A stretch of DNA of 64,000 nt from Bacilli bacterium (GCA_017525035.1 JAFXTH010000006.1:7714-71713); one strand, 5' to 3'; shown: positions 8,556 through 17,190, numbered from the stretch's first letter. The notes: a model not told the origin generated them from the sequence alone. Numbers and translations are program-made.

Positions 8556-8583
8556 ATTCACGAAAGGAGGAATATTCGTGAAT
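8556..8583 (+). promoter_or_regulatory. 9-bp perfect inverted repeat bracketing RBS and start codon
   Basis: ATTCACGAA-AGGAGGAATA-TTCGTGAAT. The SD sits in the loop and the GTG start (8578) in the 3' arm. Confidence 0.4.
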
Positions 8584-9330
8584 CAAGAAAAAATAGGAAG
8601 GTTTATAAGTGAAAGAAGAAAAATAAAAAAAATGACTCAAGCTGAACTTGGAGAAATACTTGGAGTAAGTGATAAATCAGTATCAAAATGGGAAACTGGA
8701 AAATGCATGCCAGATTTATCATTGTTTCCTGAATTGTGTAAAGTGCTTGATATTACAATTAATGATCTCATGAGTGGTGAAAAAGTAGACAACGAAAAAT
8801 ACATTAACACACTTGAAGTCAATATAGTTAAACTAGCAGATTCCTTAAAAAAGAAAAGAAAAAATAAAATTAAAATGTGCATTATTACTGCTATTATATT
8901 TTTATTTGCTATTTGGGGATATACTGCATATTATAATCTTGCAGAAGAAACTATATCATTTGATGTTGGAATGATGACTTGTAATGTATATAATAATGAA
9001 TTAACTTTTAGTATAAAAGGAACATCGATTTTAAATGAGCATTACACTATAAAAAAAGTAGATGGAAAAGATGTTTATATTTTTAATTGTACACTATTAA
9101 AAAAATATAAAGACTTTTATGCATGGGAATTAAAAAAAGGAATTAATTGTTTAGATGGAGACATTTATTGTAAACAAGGAACTCGTCATAATTTCAAGCT
9201 TAAAGATGACAATATTGATGTATATTATACAGAGTATTCTATAAGTAAATTTGAAAAAGCTACCAATGATGAATTAAAAAATCTTTTAGAAAAATCAAAC
9301 AAAATGGATTGCTCAAATGAAGAAGAATAA
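8578..9330 (+). CDS. membrane-anchored XRE-family HTH protein
   Basis: GTG start behind AAGGAGG. N-terminus KMTQAELGEILGVSDKSVSKWETGKCMPD, a single TM helix (MCIITAIIFLFAIWGYTAYY), then an approximately 130-aa outside domain. Confidence 0.75.
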   Translation: MNQEKIGRFISERRKIKKMTQAELGEILGVSDKSVSKWETGKCMPDLSLFPELCKVLDITINDLMSGEKVDNEKYINTLEVNIVKLADSLKKKRKNKIKMCIITAIIFLFAIWGYTAYYNLAEETISFDVGMMTCNVYNNELTFSIKGTSILNEHYTIKKVDGKDVYIFNCTLLKKYKDFYAWELKKGINCLDGDIYCKQGTRHNFKLKDDNIDVYYTEYSISKFEKATNDELKNLLEKSNKMDCSNEEE

Positions 9331-9360
9331 GAAAAAGATAAACATCTTTTTCTTTTTATT

Positions 9361-9388
9361 CACTTATTAATACAAATCTCATACACTA
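9361..9388 (+). promoter_or_regulatory. sigma-K/E-like promoter of the split amidase gene
   Basis: tCAC-N16-CATACACTA. CATACAnT matches the B. subtilis sigma-E -10 consensus, and AC-N16/17-CATAnnnTA matches the sigma-K consensus. AGGTGA RBS, ATG at 9404. Confidence 0.45.
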
Positions 9389-9403
9389 ATATAGGTGATT
9401 ATA

Positions 9404-9460
9404 ATGAATGAAAGAACTACTAAAAGAGTAGTAGTTGATGCAGGGCATGGAGGACACTGA
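9404..9460 (+). pseudogene. 5' fragment of split N-acetylmuramoyl-L-alanine amidase (codons 1-17, then element-derived His-stop)
   Basis: MNERTTKRVVVDAGHGG-H-stop. DAGHGG is the start of the Amidase_3 motif that continues at 20804. Confidence 0.85.
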
Positions 9461-9564
9461 AAAGCCCAAAATGATAAATGGCTACTGAATCGTGATGTAA
9501 AAGAAGGAATTTTTTAATTCTTACTTTTTTTATGTTATAATATTAATTATGATAGGAGAGTACT

Positions 9565-12090
9565 ATGTTAGAGTTAAAAAATGTTAATAAAATATATAAA
9601 TCTAAGAATGCTAATGATACTGAAGCTTTAAAGAATATCAACATATCTTTTAATAATGTTGGTATGACTTTTATTCTAGGAAAAAGTGGGTGTGGTAAAA
9701 GTACTCTTTTAAACATATTAGGTGGACTTGATATTCCAACAAGTGGAGAAATAGTATTTAAAGGTAAATCATTTAAGTTGTTTAAAAACAATGACTATGA
9801 TAGTTATCGTAATACTTCTGTTGGATTTGTTTTTCAAGAATACAATTTAATCGAAAAGTTTAATGTATTTGATAATGTAGCATATGCTTTAAAACTTCAA
9901 AACAAAAAAATTGATGATAATGTTGTACTAGATGTTTTAGATAAAGTAGGATTAAAAGATCTTGCAAAAAGGAAAGTAAATGAATTATCAGGAGGACAAA
10001 AACAAAGAGTAGCTATTGCTAGAGCTCTTGTTAAGAATCCAAGCATAATTTTAGCAGACGAACCAACAGGAAACTTAGATAGTGAGAGTTCAAAAATGAT
10101 TTTTGACATACTTAAAAATCTTTCACATGAAAGATTAGTAATAGTAGTATCTCATGATGAAGAAAGTGCTAGAACTTATGGAGATAGGATAATAAGCCTT
10201 CAAGATGGAGTAGTAATAAGTGATACTAATCCTATTATTAATCAAGAAGAAAACAATTATACTTTAAAGAAAAATCATTTACCATTTACTGAAGCATTTA
10301 GATTTGCATTAAAAAATATATTTGGTAGAAAAGGTAAGTTAATTTTATCTATAATATTAATATCTTTTGCATTATCATTCTTTGGCTTTGCAGTAATGCA
10401 AAACAAATTAAGAAGTACTAATGAAATAGAAAGAATAATAAATGAATATGATGTAAACTATATTGATATAGAAAAATTAGAGGAGAATTATAGTAATTGT
10501 ATTTTTAAAGGCTATTGGCGTAACTGCTACAATGAAGGAATTATAACAGAAAAAGAATATAATGATTTATCGCAAATAAATGAAACTCCTCTTACTATAA
10601 GATATAGATTTCAAGTATTAAATGCCTATATTAAGCCAATAGAATTATCAGATGAAGAACATAATAAAATGAGTTATTATTATTCAAATTATAAGTATAT
10701 GGGTGCTTTTTCTGAATTAAATAAAGAAGATTTTAATTTTAAATTAATTGGAAGTGTACCAAATACTTATGATGAAATAGTAATAATAAAACCAGTAGCA
10801 GATTACATAATAAAATATGGTGTATATCTAGATAATAATGAAGAATATAAACCACAAAGTTACGAAGAAATAATAAATGATAATAAATATTTAAAATTTG
10901 GTAATGGTAAAGTAAAAATATCAGGAATAATAGATGATGACTTGTCTATATTTGAACCTTTAAAAAATATTAGTAGTGATATAAGAGAAGATAGCTTATC
11001 ACTTGAAAATAAACGATTAATAGAAAAGTATAAATATAAATATCCAGTTCATTTTTATGCTTTAACTGATTTTAAAGATAATATAGAATTAAATGAAAAT
11101 AGTACAAGATATTTTAATATATTAGATAGTAATGATGAATTAAAAACTATAAAAGCTTTTGAACCAATGAAAGTATATACTGAAAATGGACTTATTGATA
11201 TGAAACAAATAGATAAAAGTGGCATAATAGTAAACGAAAACTATTTGGACATTATATCTAAAGGTGATTTCTCTAAAAAAATGAACGATTATATTATTAA
11301 AGGAAAAGATATTGATCCATCAAAATCAAGTGAAGATTATCGTTTAGAATTTGTAACAAATTATATTAAAGAAAATGATATTACTAATAAAATGGTAGCA
11401 TTCTATTTGGCTAAATTATATTCAAATGATGAAAATAATCAAGAAATGCACTTAAAAATATCTGGTGTCATTCTAGATAGTGAAGACTACTATGCTAGTA
11501 AAGAAATACTAAGTCAAGATAGTGATGAAAAATATAATATGTCTTTATATGTATTAACTAAAAATATTAAAGATTATAACAAATACTTTAACGAGTACCC
11601 AATAGATGGAGAACAATATATATCTACAAATGATTTTATTTATAGAATAGCTGAACATGAATTTACTATGAAAGTATTAGCTAAATATATTTTTATAATA
11701 GGTTTAGTATTCTCATTATTTGCTATACTTCAATTATTTAATTTTATAGGTTTATCAATAACTGATAATAAGAAAGAAATAGGAGTTTTAAGAGCTCTTG
11801 GAACAACAAAAAAAGATGTATCAAAAATATATTCAATACAAGGCCTTTTAATTGGATTATTATCATATATGTTATCAATAATTTTGATTATTATCTATTC
11901 TAAAGGAGAAAATGATATTTTTCTTTCAAATTATTTGAAAGAAGTATTTAATTTAGAATTATTTGGCATAACATTTAGTACACTTGCAATAGTATTTGTA
12001 TTCTTTGTAGTAGTTGTATTATTGTCAGTAATAAGTGTAACTTTTAAAATATCTAAGATGAGACCAATAGATGCAATTAATAATAAGTAA
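9565..12090 (+). CDS. fused ABC transporter ATPase-permease (MacB/FtsX type)
   Basis: Walker A GKSGCGKST, signature LSGGQKQRV, Walker B IILADEPTGNLD. Then a TM helix, an approximately 430-aa outside domain, and a C-terminal FtsX block (KKEIGVLRALGTTKKDV). TGTTATAAT promoter at 9533-9541. Confidence 0.85.
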   Translation: MLELKNVNKIYKSKNANDTEALKNINISFNNVGMTFILGKSGCGKSTLLNILGGLDIPTSGEIVFKGKSFKLFKNNDYDSYRNTSVGFVFQEYNLIEKFNVFDNVAYALKLQNKKIDDNVVLDVLDKVGLKDLAKRKVNELSGGQKQRVAIARALVKNPSIILADEPTGNLDSESSKMIFDILKNLSHERLVIVVSHDEESARTYGDRIISLQDGVVISDTNPIINQEENNYTLKKNHLPFTEAFRFALKNIFGRKGKLILSIILISFALSFFGFAVMQNKLRSTNEIERIINEYDVNYIDIEKLEENYSNCIFKGYWRNCYNEGIITEKEYNDLSQINETPLTIRYRFQVLNAYIKPIELSDEEHNKMSYYYSNYKYMGAFSELNKEDFNFKLIGSVPNTYDEIVIIKPVADYIIKYGVYLDNNEEYKPQSYEEIINDNKYLKFGNGKVKISGIIDDDLSIFEPLKNISSDIREDSLSLENKRLIEKYKYKYPVHFYALTDFKDNIELNENSTRYFNILDSNDELKTIKAFEPMKVYTENGLIDMKQIDKSGIIVNENYLDIISKGDFSKKMNDYIIKGKDIDPSKSSEDYRLEFVTNYIKENDITNKMVAFYLAKLYSNDENNQEMHLKISGVILDSEDYYASKEILSQDSDEKYNMSLYVLTKNIKDYNKYFNEYPIDGEQYISTNDFIYRIAEHEFTMKVLAKYIFIIGLVFSLFAILQLFNFIGLSITDNKKEIGVLRALGTTKKDVSKIYSIQGLLIGLLSYMLSIILIIIYSKGENDIFLSNYLKEVFNLELFGITFSTLAIVFVFFVVVVLLSVISVTFKISKMRPIDAINNK

Positions 12091-12117
12091 AAAACTATCT
12101 TGATGATAGTTTTTTTA
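12091..12117. terminator. bidirectional terminator
   Basis: AAAACTATC-TTGAT-GATAGTTTTTTT between convergent genes. Confidence 0.7.
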
Positions 12118-12118
12118 T

Positions 12119-12673
12119 TTATAAAAAGATAAATAATATTAATATTATAGAAACAAATATAGATATAATTAATAATTTATAATCAATTTTATTTTGTTCA
12201 ACAATTTTCTTATTAAGTTCTTCTTTACTACATTCCTTAGAATTATTTAATAATTTTCTATATTTAGACATTATATCTTTGTTAATCAAGCTACTTAATA
12301 ATACTGGATGGTATTTAACAAATAATACCACTAAGATTACTAATAATGGACCACTTAATGGAAATAGCCTTATATATAGTAATATTACCACATCCCATTT
12401 TTTTATACAGTATAATATGAACAGAAACCATAATAATAAATATATAGTTGTTCTAATCATTTTCTTAGAAATTGAATAAAACCAACCAAATAAAAAGTAT
12501 TCATCTTTAGGATTCCCATTGTTTTCAAAATTATATTGAATATACTGTTCTACATCATATGATGAATATTTTTCTGAAAATTCATCTACTATTTTTGAAT
12601 TAAATAAGTTACCACATCTAGGGCAAAAGTTTAATTGCCCTTTGAATTTAGAATTACATTTCGAACATATCAT
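12119..12673 (-). CDS. zinc-ribbon membrane protein (DUF2628-like); paralog of 4864-5445
   Basis: MICSKCNSKF..FCPRCG followed by TM helices. The listed start 12715 overlaps a TGGTATAAT promoter on the minus strand, so ATG 12673 behind GAAAGGA is preferred. Confidence 0.65.
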   Translation of the reverse strand: MICSKCNSKFKGQLNFCPRCGNLFNSKIVDEFSEKYSSYDVEQYIQYNFENNGNPKDEYFLFGWFYSISKKMIRTTIYLLLWFLFILYCIKKWDVVILLYIRLFPLSGPLLVILVVLFVKYHPVLLSSLINKDIMSKYRKLLNNSKECSKEELNKKIVEQNKIDYKLLIISIFVSIILILFIFL

Positions 12674-12741
12674 ATATATTTTCCTTTCATAAAAATTATA
12701 CCATAAAATAGACATTTTAGTTAAATAGTAAGTTACTAGCT

Positions 12742-12897
12742 AGCAAGCACTGAATTTGTCCGACAAAGTAAGTTTTCAGTAATTGCTAATAACAGCAAGC
12801 ACTGAATTTGTCCGACAAAGTAAGTTTTCAGTAATTGCTAATAACAGCAAGCACTGAATTTGTCCGACAAAGTAAGTTTTCAGTAATTGCTAATAAC
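12742..12897 (+). repeat. three perfect tandem copies of a 52-nt hairpin unit
   Basis: Unit AGCAAGCACTGAATTTGTCCGACAAAGTAAGTTTTCAGTAATTGCTAATAAC at 12742, 12794 and 12846. The arms AGCAAGCACTGAA / TTCAGTAATTGCT pair at 11 of 13 positions. Confidence 0.95.
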
Positions 12898-13022
12898 AGC
12901 AAGTACTGAATTTGTAATACAAACTCAATTTGGATTTTAATTCACTGCTTGCAAGCAAGCACTGAATTTATGTCCAAGTGCCACAAATCCAAATATTCAA
13001 TGGAGGTTAAACCCCAATCCCC
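12898..13022 (+). repeat. conserved hairpin-module element, copy R2
   Basis: About 90% identical to 5745-5870 (1 indel, about 11 substitutions). Seeds at 12898 and 12954. Confidence 0.6.
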
Positions 13023-13071
13023 AGCCCTTTTCTATTAATAAAAAATATGATACAATATTATCAAGTTAGAG

Positions 13072-13800
13072 GTGGTCAAAGTGATAGTAGTATCTTCTAT
13101 ATTAATTATACTTCTATTATCAATTTATCTTATTGAAAGAAAGCAATTAAAAAAGGAAACCAAAAAGAAATTATTACTAACATTGTTTGTAGTATTATTA
13201 ACTAATATTATATCTTTTAGCCCCATTGCATTAATACTTGTTTTAATAGTTATCATACTGATATATTCATGGAAAGAAATAAATGAAAAAACAAAGAAAA
13301 AAATTTACAAAATATGTGCTATTACTTTAGGAATCACATTATTATTTTTCATTTTAACACCTAGGTGGCTTTACTATCGAGTATTGTACCTTGATGATAG
13401 AGTAAAAATAACTGCTAAGATATATGTAGATGGAGAACAAATGAATATAGATGAAGATTTTGTTACTATAGGTGGTAAAGGAATAGGAAAAAAACACATC
13501 AGCAGTGGTGATGATGGAATAAAAATATCATTCAAGGGAAACGAATATGAAAATTATCATATTAATATGAAAATAGAACCATATCACAATGATTATTACA
13601 TCGACTTATTACTTCAACATTGGAATTGGTGGGATATAAATCGTATTGATGTAGTAATAAATATAGACACAAAAGAAAACACAATTAGTTATTCTGTAGA
13701 AAATAGATTTATTTCTGAAGAAAAAAATTATACAGAAGATGTATTAACATTGAGTGAAACAAAAGAATTATCAACAATTAATAAACTGTTTCTTGGGTAA
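13072..13800 (+). CDS. membrane protein, unknown function
   Basis: GTG start (13072 or 13081) behind AGAGGTGG. TGATACAAT extended -10 at about 13047-13055. 3-4 TM helices then an approximately 130-aa soluble domain. Confidence 0.55.
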   Translation: MVKVIVVSSILIILLLSIYLIERKQLKKETKKKLLLTLFVVLLTNIISFSPIALILVLIVIILIYSWKEINEKTKKKIYKICAITLGITLLFFILTPRWLYYRVLYLDDRVKITAKIYVDGEQMNIDEDFVTIGGKGIGKKHISSGDDGIKISFKGNEYENYHINMKIEPYHNDYYIDLLLQHWNWWDINRIDVVINIDTKENTISYSVENRFISEEKNYTEDVLTLSETKELSTINKLFLG

Positions 13801-13840
13801 CTAATTGAATTTAAGTAAAAAAATAAAGAGATAATTCTCT

Positions 13841-14608
13841 TTATTTTAATTGTTCTAATATTTCGATAATTTCATCTTTTGTGTAATTATAGCTTATAAA
13901 TTGATAGTAAACATTATCATATACAAAAGCTGCAGTCATTCTAGTTTTATCCCAATTATTTTCATAAATAACTGCCTTAGTATTAAGATTCTTTATTTCA
14001 TATACTAGATCTAATTCTTTTTCACCTGTTGCATCTTTTCCTTCTAAGAATGGATATATGTATCTTTCTTCAGCACACTTATTTAGAATAGATATATCTA
14101 CAGAAATAACTTTTCCTGTTTTATCTCCGTTCTTACCAAATTGACCATTAGTATTATCAATAAATTCAGACCACCACAAGTGGACTACTCCAATTTCTCC
14201 ATTACTATTTAAAGATGTACTATATCCTATTGATTTACTAGTTGTGTAATCATAGTCTAAGATATGGAAGCCAAGATTTTGTTCGACTTCATTGTGTGTC
14301 ATACTAACAAAATTTTCACTTTTTCTAGCATTAATGTTTATTTCTTTAAAATTTGCATTTTCCACAATATTTACTTTCGTTCCATCTTCAAACTCAACAC
14401 CTGTAGACCAACTTTTAAATAACTCTGCTATTTGTTTTGCATATACAATTGATATAGATATTGTAAATACTAATACTATTAAACCCAAAGAATAACCAAG
14501 TTTTTTATAATTATATTTTCTTTTGCTAATAGTTTTTTCCATTATTTTGTTTTCCAAATTATCACTTATTCTTATTGATTTGTAAGAATCACTAATTTTA
14601 TTATTCAT
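13841..14608 (-). CDS. putative anti-sigma factor (single-pass, DUF4367-like outside domain)
   Basis: Overlaps the stop of the upstream sigma gene by 8 nt. A short cytoplasmic N-terminus, one TM helix (LGYSLGLIVLVFTISISIVYA), then an approximately 190-aa outside domain. Confidence 0.5.
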   Translation of the reverse strand: MNNKISDSYKSIRISDNLENKIMEKTISKRKYNYKKLGYSLGLIVLVFTISISIVYAKQIAELFKSWSTGVEFEDGTKVNIVENANFKEININARKSENFVSMTHNEVEQNLGFHILDYDYTTSKSIGYSTSLNSNGEIGVVHLWWSEFIDNTNGQFGKNGDKTGKVISVDISILNKCAEERYIYPFLEGKDATGEKELDLVYEIKNLNTKAVIYENNWDKTRMTAAFVYDNVYYQFISYNYTKDEIIEILEQLK

Positions 14609-15080
14609 TATTTTCCTCCTTAATAATTTCCTTTAATTTTTTTCTTGCTCTATAAAGAATTGTTTGAATATTAGTTTCTGTTTTTTTCATTATACTTGAT
14701 ATTTCTCTAATTCTATAATTTTCATAATAATATAAAAAAATAACAAGTCTTTCATCTTTAGAGAGTTTATTTATTTCATCTAGAAGCTCACATTCTTTAT
14801 TATCAACTTTTAAAATATTTTCCTCTTTTTCTGTTAAAGTACATATCTTTCTTTTCCAAGATGATAAGAATATAGTTTTACAATTATTAATGGTTATTTT
14901 GATTAACCATTTTTTAATTTCAGTATCGTTACATTCAAGAATTTTCTTTTTTTTATATAGTTTTATGAAAACATTTTGAACTACATCATCAGAGTCTGCA
15001 ATATTTTTTGTATAACTATATGCTAATCTATAGATATCATTTTTATATAAATTAAAAATTCTTAAGAATTGTTCATCCAT
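14601..15080 (-). CDS. ECF-like sigma-70 family RNA polymerase sigma factor
   Basis: Region 2 (IYRLAYSYTKNIADSDDVVQNVFIKLY) and region 4 HTH (YENYRIREISSIMKKTETNIQTILYRARKKLK). ATG 15080 behind GGAGG is preferred over the listed 15128. Confidence 0.8.
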   Translation of the reverse strand: MDEQFLRIFNLYKNDIYRLAYSYTKNIADSDDVVQNVFIKLYKKKKILECNDTEIKKWLIKITINNCKTIFLSSWKRKICTLTEKEENILKVDNKECELLDEINKLSKDERLVIFLYYYENYRIREISSIMKKTETNIQTILYRARKKLKEIIKEENNE

Positions 15081-15270
15081 GATTATCCTCCATATATTGA
15101 AAAGCTTTTCACTATAATAACTATTCATTATTATAAAATATCACATAATATTTAAAAAAATATAAATAATAATACATTACAAATAAAAAACTACACTATT
15201 AGTACAATATTAGAACAAAAGAAATTTTGATTTCTTCTTTTAAATGTTATAATAAAAAAGGGGTGATTTT

Positions 15271-16698
15271 ATGGATGATGATTTTCTAATTGAATATATA
15301 GAACATGAAGTAGAAAATGGTTGTATCGATTTTAAAAAAGATATTTATGATTTTGATGTTCCAAAATGCAAGGAAGATTTTTTAGTCGATGTTATATCTT
15401 TTGCAAACAGTCATATTAATGGTGATAAATATATAATAACCGGAATTAAGCTACACAAAGATAATTCAAGAGACTTTAATGGAATAACTGAGTCCAAAAT
15501 TAAAGATGGTGCTGATTATCAGAGTATAGTAAATGATAATATAGAGCCAAATATAGTAGTTGATTTTAAAATAATTGAATATAAAAACAAAAAATATGGT
15601 ATTTTTAGAATTGGTAAAGAGAATCAAGATCAACCATACTTATTGAGTAAGCAATTTCTCAATTTGCAAAAGGGATTTATAAGAATAAGAAAAGGTCAAA
15701 AAAATGAAAACATTACAAGAAGAGATTTTGACTTATACTATAAAATTAAAGATTTAAATGATTATAGCAATATTCATATTAAAGGAATAGTTGATGGAAA
15801 AATAAGTGATAAATATCAAATAAATCAATACAATGATAATTTGAATTTTGAAAAGGCAAAGTCATTAATAAATGAAACTATAGTAGAAATAAAGAAAATT
15901 AAGTTAGCCAAAAGCTCTAATTTTTTGGCATTTGGGGATTTATTGTCACTGGATGAAAAAGAAATAGAAACAATTAAAACATATGCACAATTATATAGTA
16001 TAGTTTTAACTGATGATTTTTTTGATATAGGTAATATTAGGATTTTTACTGGTCCATATTCATCAGCAAGTTTATATGGAAGCAAAACTGAAGAAAAAAA
16101 ATATAAATTAATACGTAAGTTGATTACTATGATTTCAAGTTTTTTAGGATTTGATGAGTATTATAAAAAGATTAATTCTATTTATTACACAGAATTATTA
16201 ATAAAAAATGAAGGAAAAAAATTTGATGAAGATATTGAAGTAACATTAAAAATTGAGAAAAGTAAATTATTAAATTATTCTAAATTTCCTGTACCACCAG
16301 AGTCAATAATAGAAAAAATAATAGATGATAAATTATTAGATAAACATTTGAATAATCAAAAGGTAAATGGTGTTAATAATTATACTTGTAAAATTCCGAG
16401 AATATTTCCAACTTATCCAATGAAAATAAAATTGCCAATTGGATATTCGAAACCAGATTATAAAGAATATGTAGATTACTATATAAACTATGTTCAAACA
16501 ATTGCAGATTATGATGTAAGTGAGGATGAAGATTATTATTATTTAAAATATAATCAAAGGGAGATAAAACCTAATGAATTAATACATTTACCAGCTAGGA
16601 TTATTTTTATTGATAAACCTAATGAAATAGAATATGAAATTAAAACAAAATATAATTCAAATATAAATAAAGGGAAAATATCATTGATTGAAAAATAA
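15271..16698 (+). CDS. AlbA_2/Schlafen-like (divergent AAA-type DNA/RNA-binding) N-domain protein with unknown C-terminal half
   Basis: N-terminus EHEVENGCIDFKKDIY...DVISFANSHINGDKYIITGIK...YGIFRIG..QPYLL resembles the PF04326 pattern (E..LEFK, then aNt.GG.l.iGv). The C-terminal 270 aa have no recognisable motif. Confidence 0.45.
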   Translation: MDDDFLIEYIEHEVENGCIDFKKDIYDFDVPKCKEDFLVDVISFANSHINGDKYIITGIKLHKDNSRDFNGITESKIKDGADYQSIVNDNIEPNIVVDFKIIEYKNKKYGIFRIGKENQDQPYLLSKQFLNLQKGFIRIRKGQKNENITRRDFDLYYKIKDLNDYSNIHIKGIVDGKISDKYQINQYNDNLNFEKAKSLINETIVEIKKIKLAKSSNFLAFGDLLSLDEKEIETIKTYAQLYSIVLTDDFFDIGNIRIFTGPYSSASLYGSKTEEKKYKLIRKLITMISSFLGFDEYYKKINSIYYTELLIKNEGKKFDEDIEVTLKIEKSKLLNYSKFPVPPESIIEKIIDDKLLDKHLNNQKVNGVNNYTCKIPRIFPTYPMKIKLPIGYSKPDYKEYVDYYINYVQTIADYDVSEDEDYYYLKYNQREIKPNELIHLPARIIFIDKPNEIEYEIKTKYNSNINKGKISLIEK

Positions 16699-16782
16699 AA
16701 ATTATATAATTAAAAAAAAGATTAGAAATCAATGTTTCTAATCATTTTTAATTTGTTATAATATTTATCCAAATTCTCTTTT

Positions 16783-17190
16783 TTATTTAAAGTAATCCTT
16801 GATTGCTGCTTTAATAGTTTTTTGATCATTTTTACTTTGGGATTTAAACCATTTTGTATTGGTTATGTCATTACTTGCAAAATAACTAGAGAATAATTTT
16901 TTATAAGTGTTCTGCCTTGCCATATATTCTTCCATTTCTGGATCTATGGTAGTTTCTATATCTTCTTTAGAAAAACCTGCAATAGTCATTAATTCCCTTA
17001 AATCTAAGTTAAGTACATTTGCCATCTTTTTAAGAGTTAAGGCATTTGTACTTTTTCTTTCTCCATTTTCCAATCTAGCTATGGTATTATTACCAACTCC
17101 TATTTGCCTAGCTAATTCTCTTTGTGATATTCCTTTCTTTTCTCTAGCTTCTTTAATAATATCAGCTAATTCTCTTTTATTATTTGTCAA
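16783..17190 (-). CDS. XRE/cI-like HTH repressor
   Basis: GISQRELARQIGVGNNTIARLENGERKST, a classic HTH_3. It is the second gene of a leftward operon facing a divergent promoter region. Confidence 0.8.
   Translation of the reverse strand: MTNNKRELADIIKEAREKKGISQRELARQIGVGNNTIARLENGERKSTNALTLKKMANVLNLDLRELMTIAGFSKEDIETTIDPEMEEYMARQNTYKKLFSSYFASNDITNTKWFKSQSKNDQKTIKAAIKDYFK

Noticed and set aside
12742-13022. Regularly spaced 16-nt repeats (five seeds at 52-56-nt spacing) looked like a mini-CRISPR array.
   Set aside because: The first three 'spacers' are identical to each other, the repeat is only 16 nt, and no cas genes or leader are present. It is a tandem duplication of a hairpin unit, not a CRISPR array.
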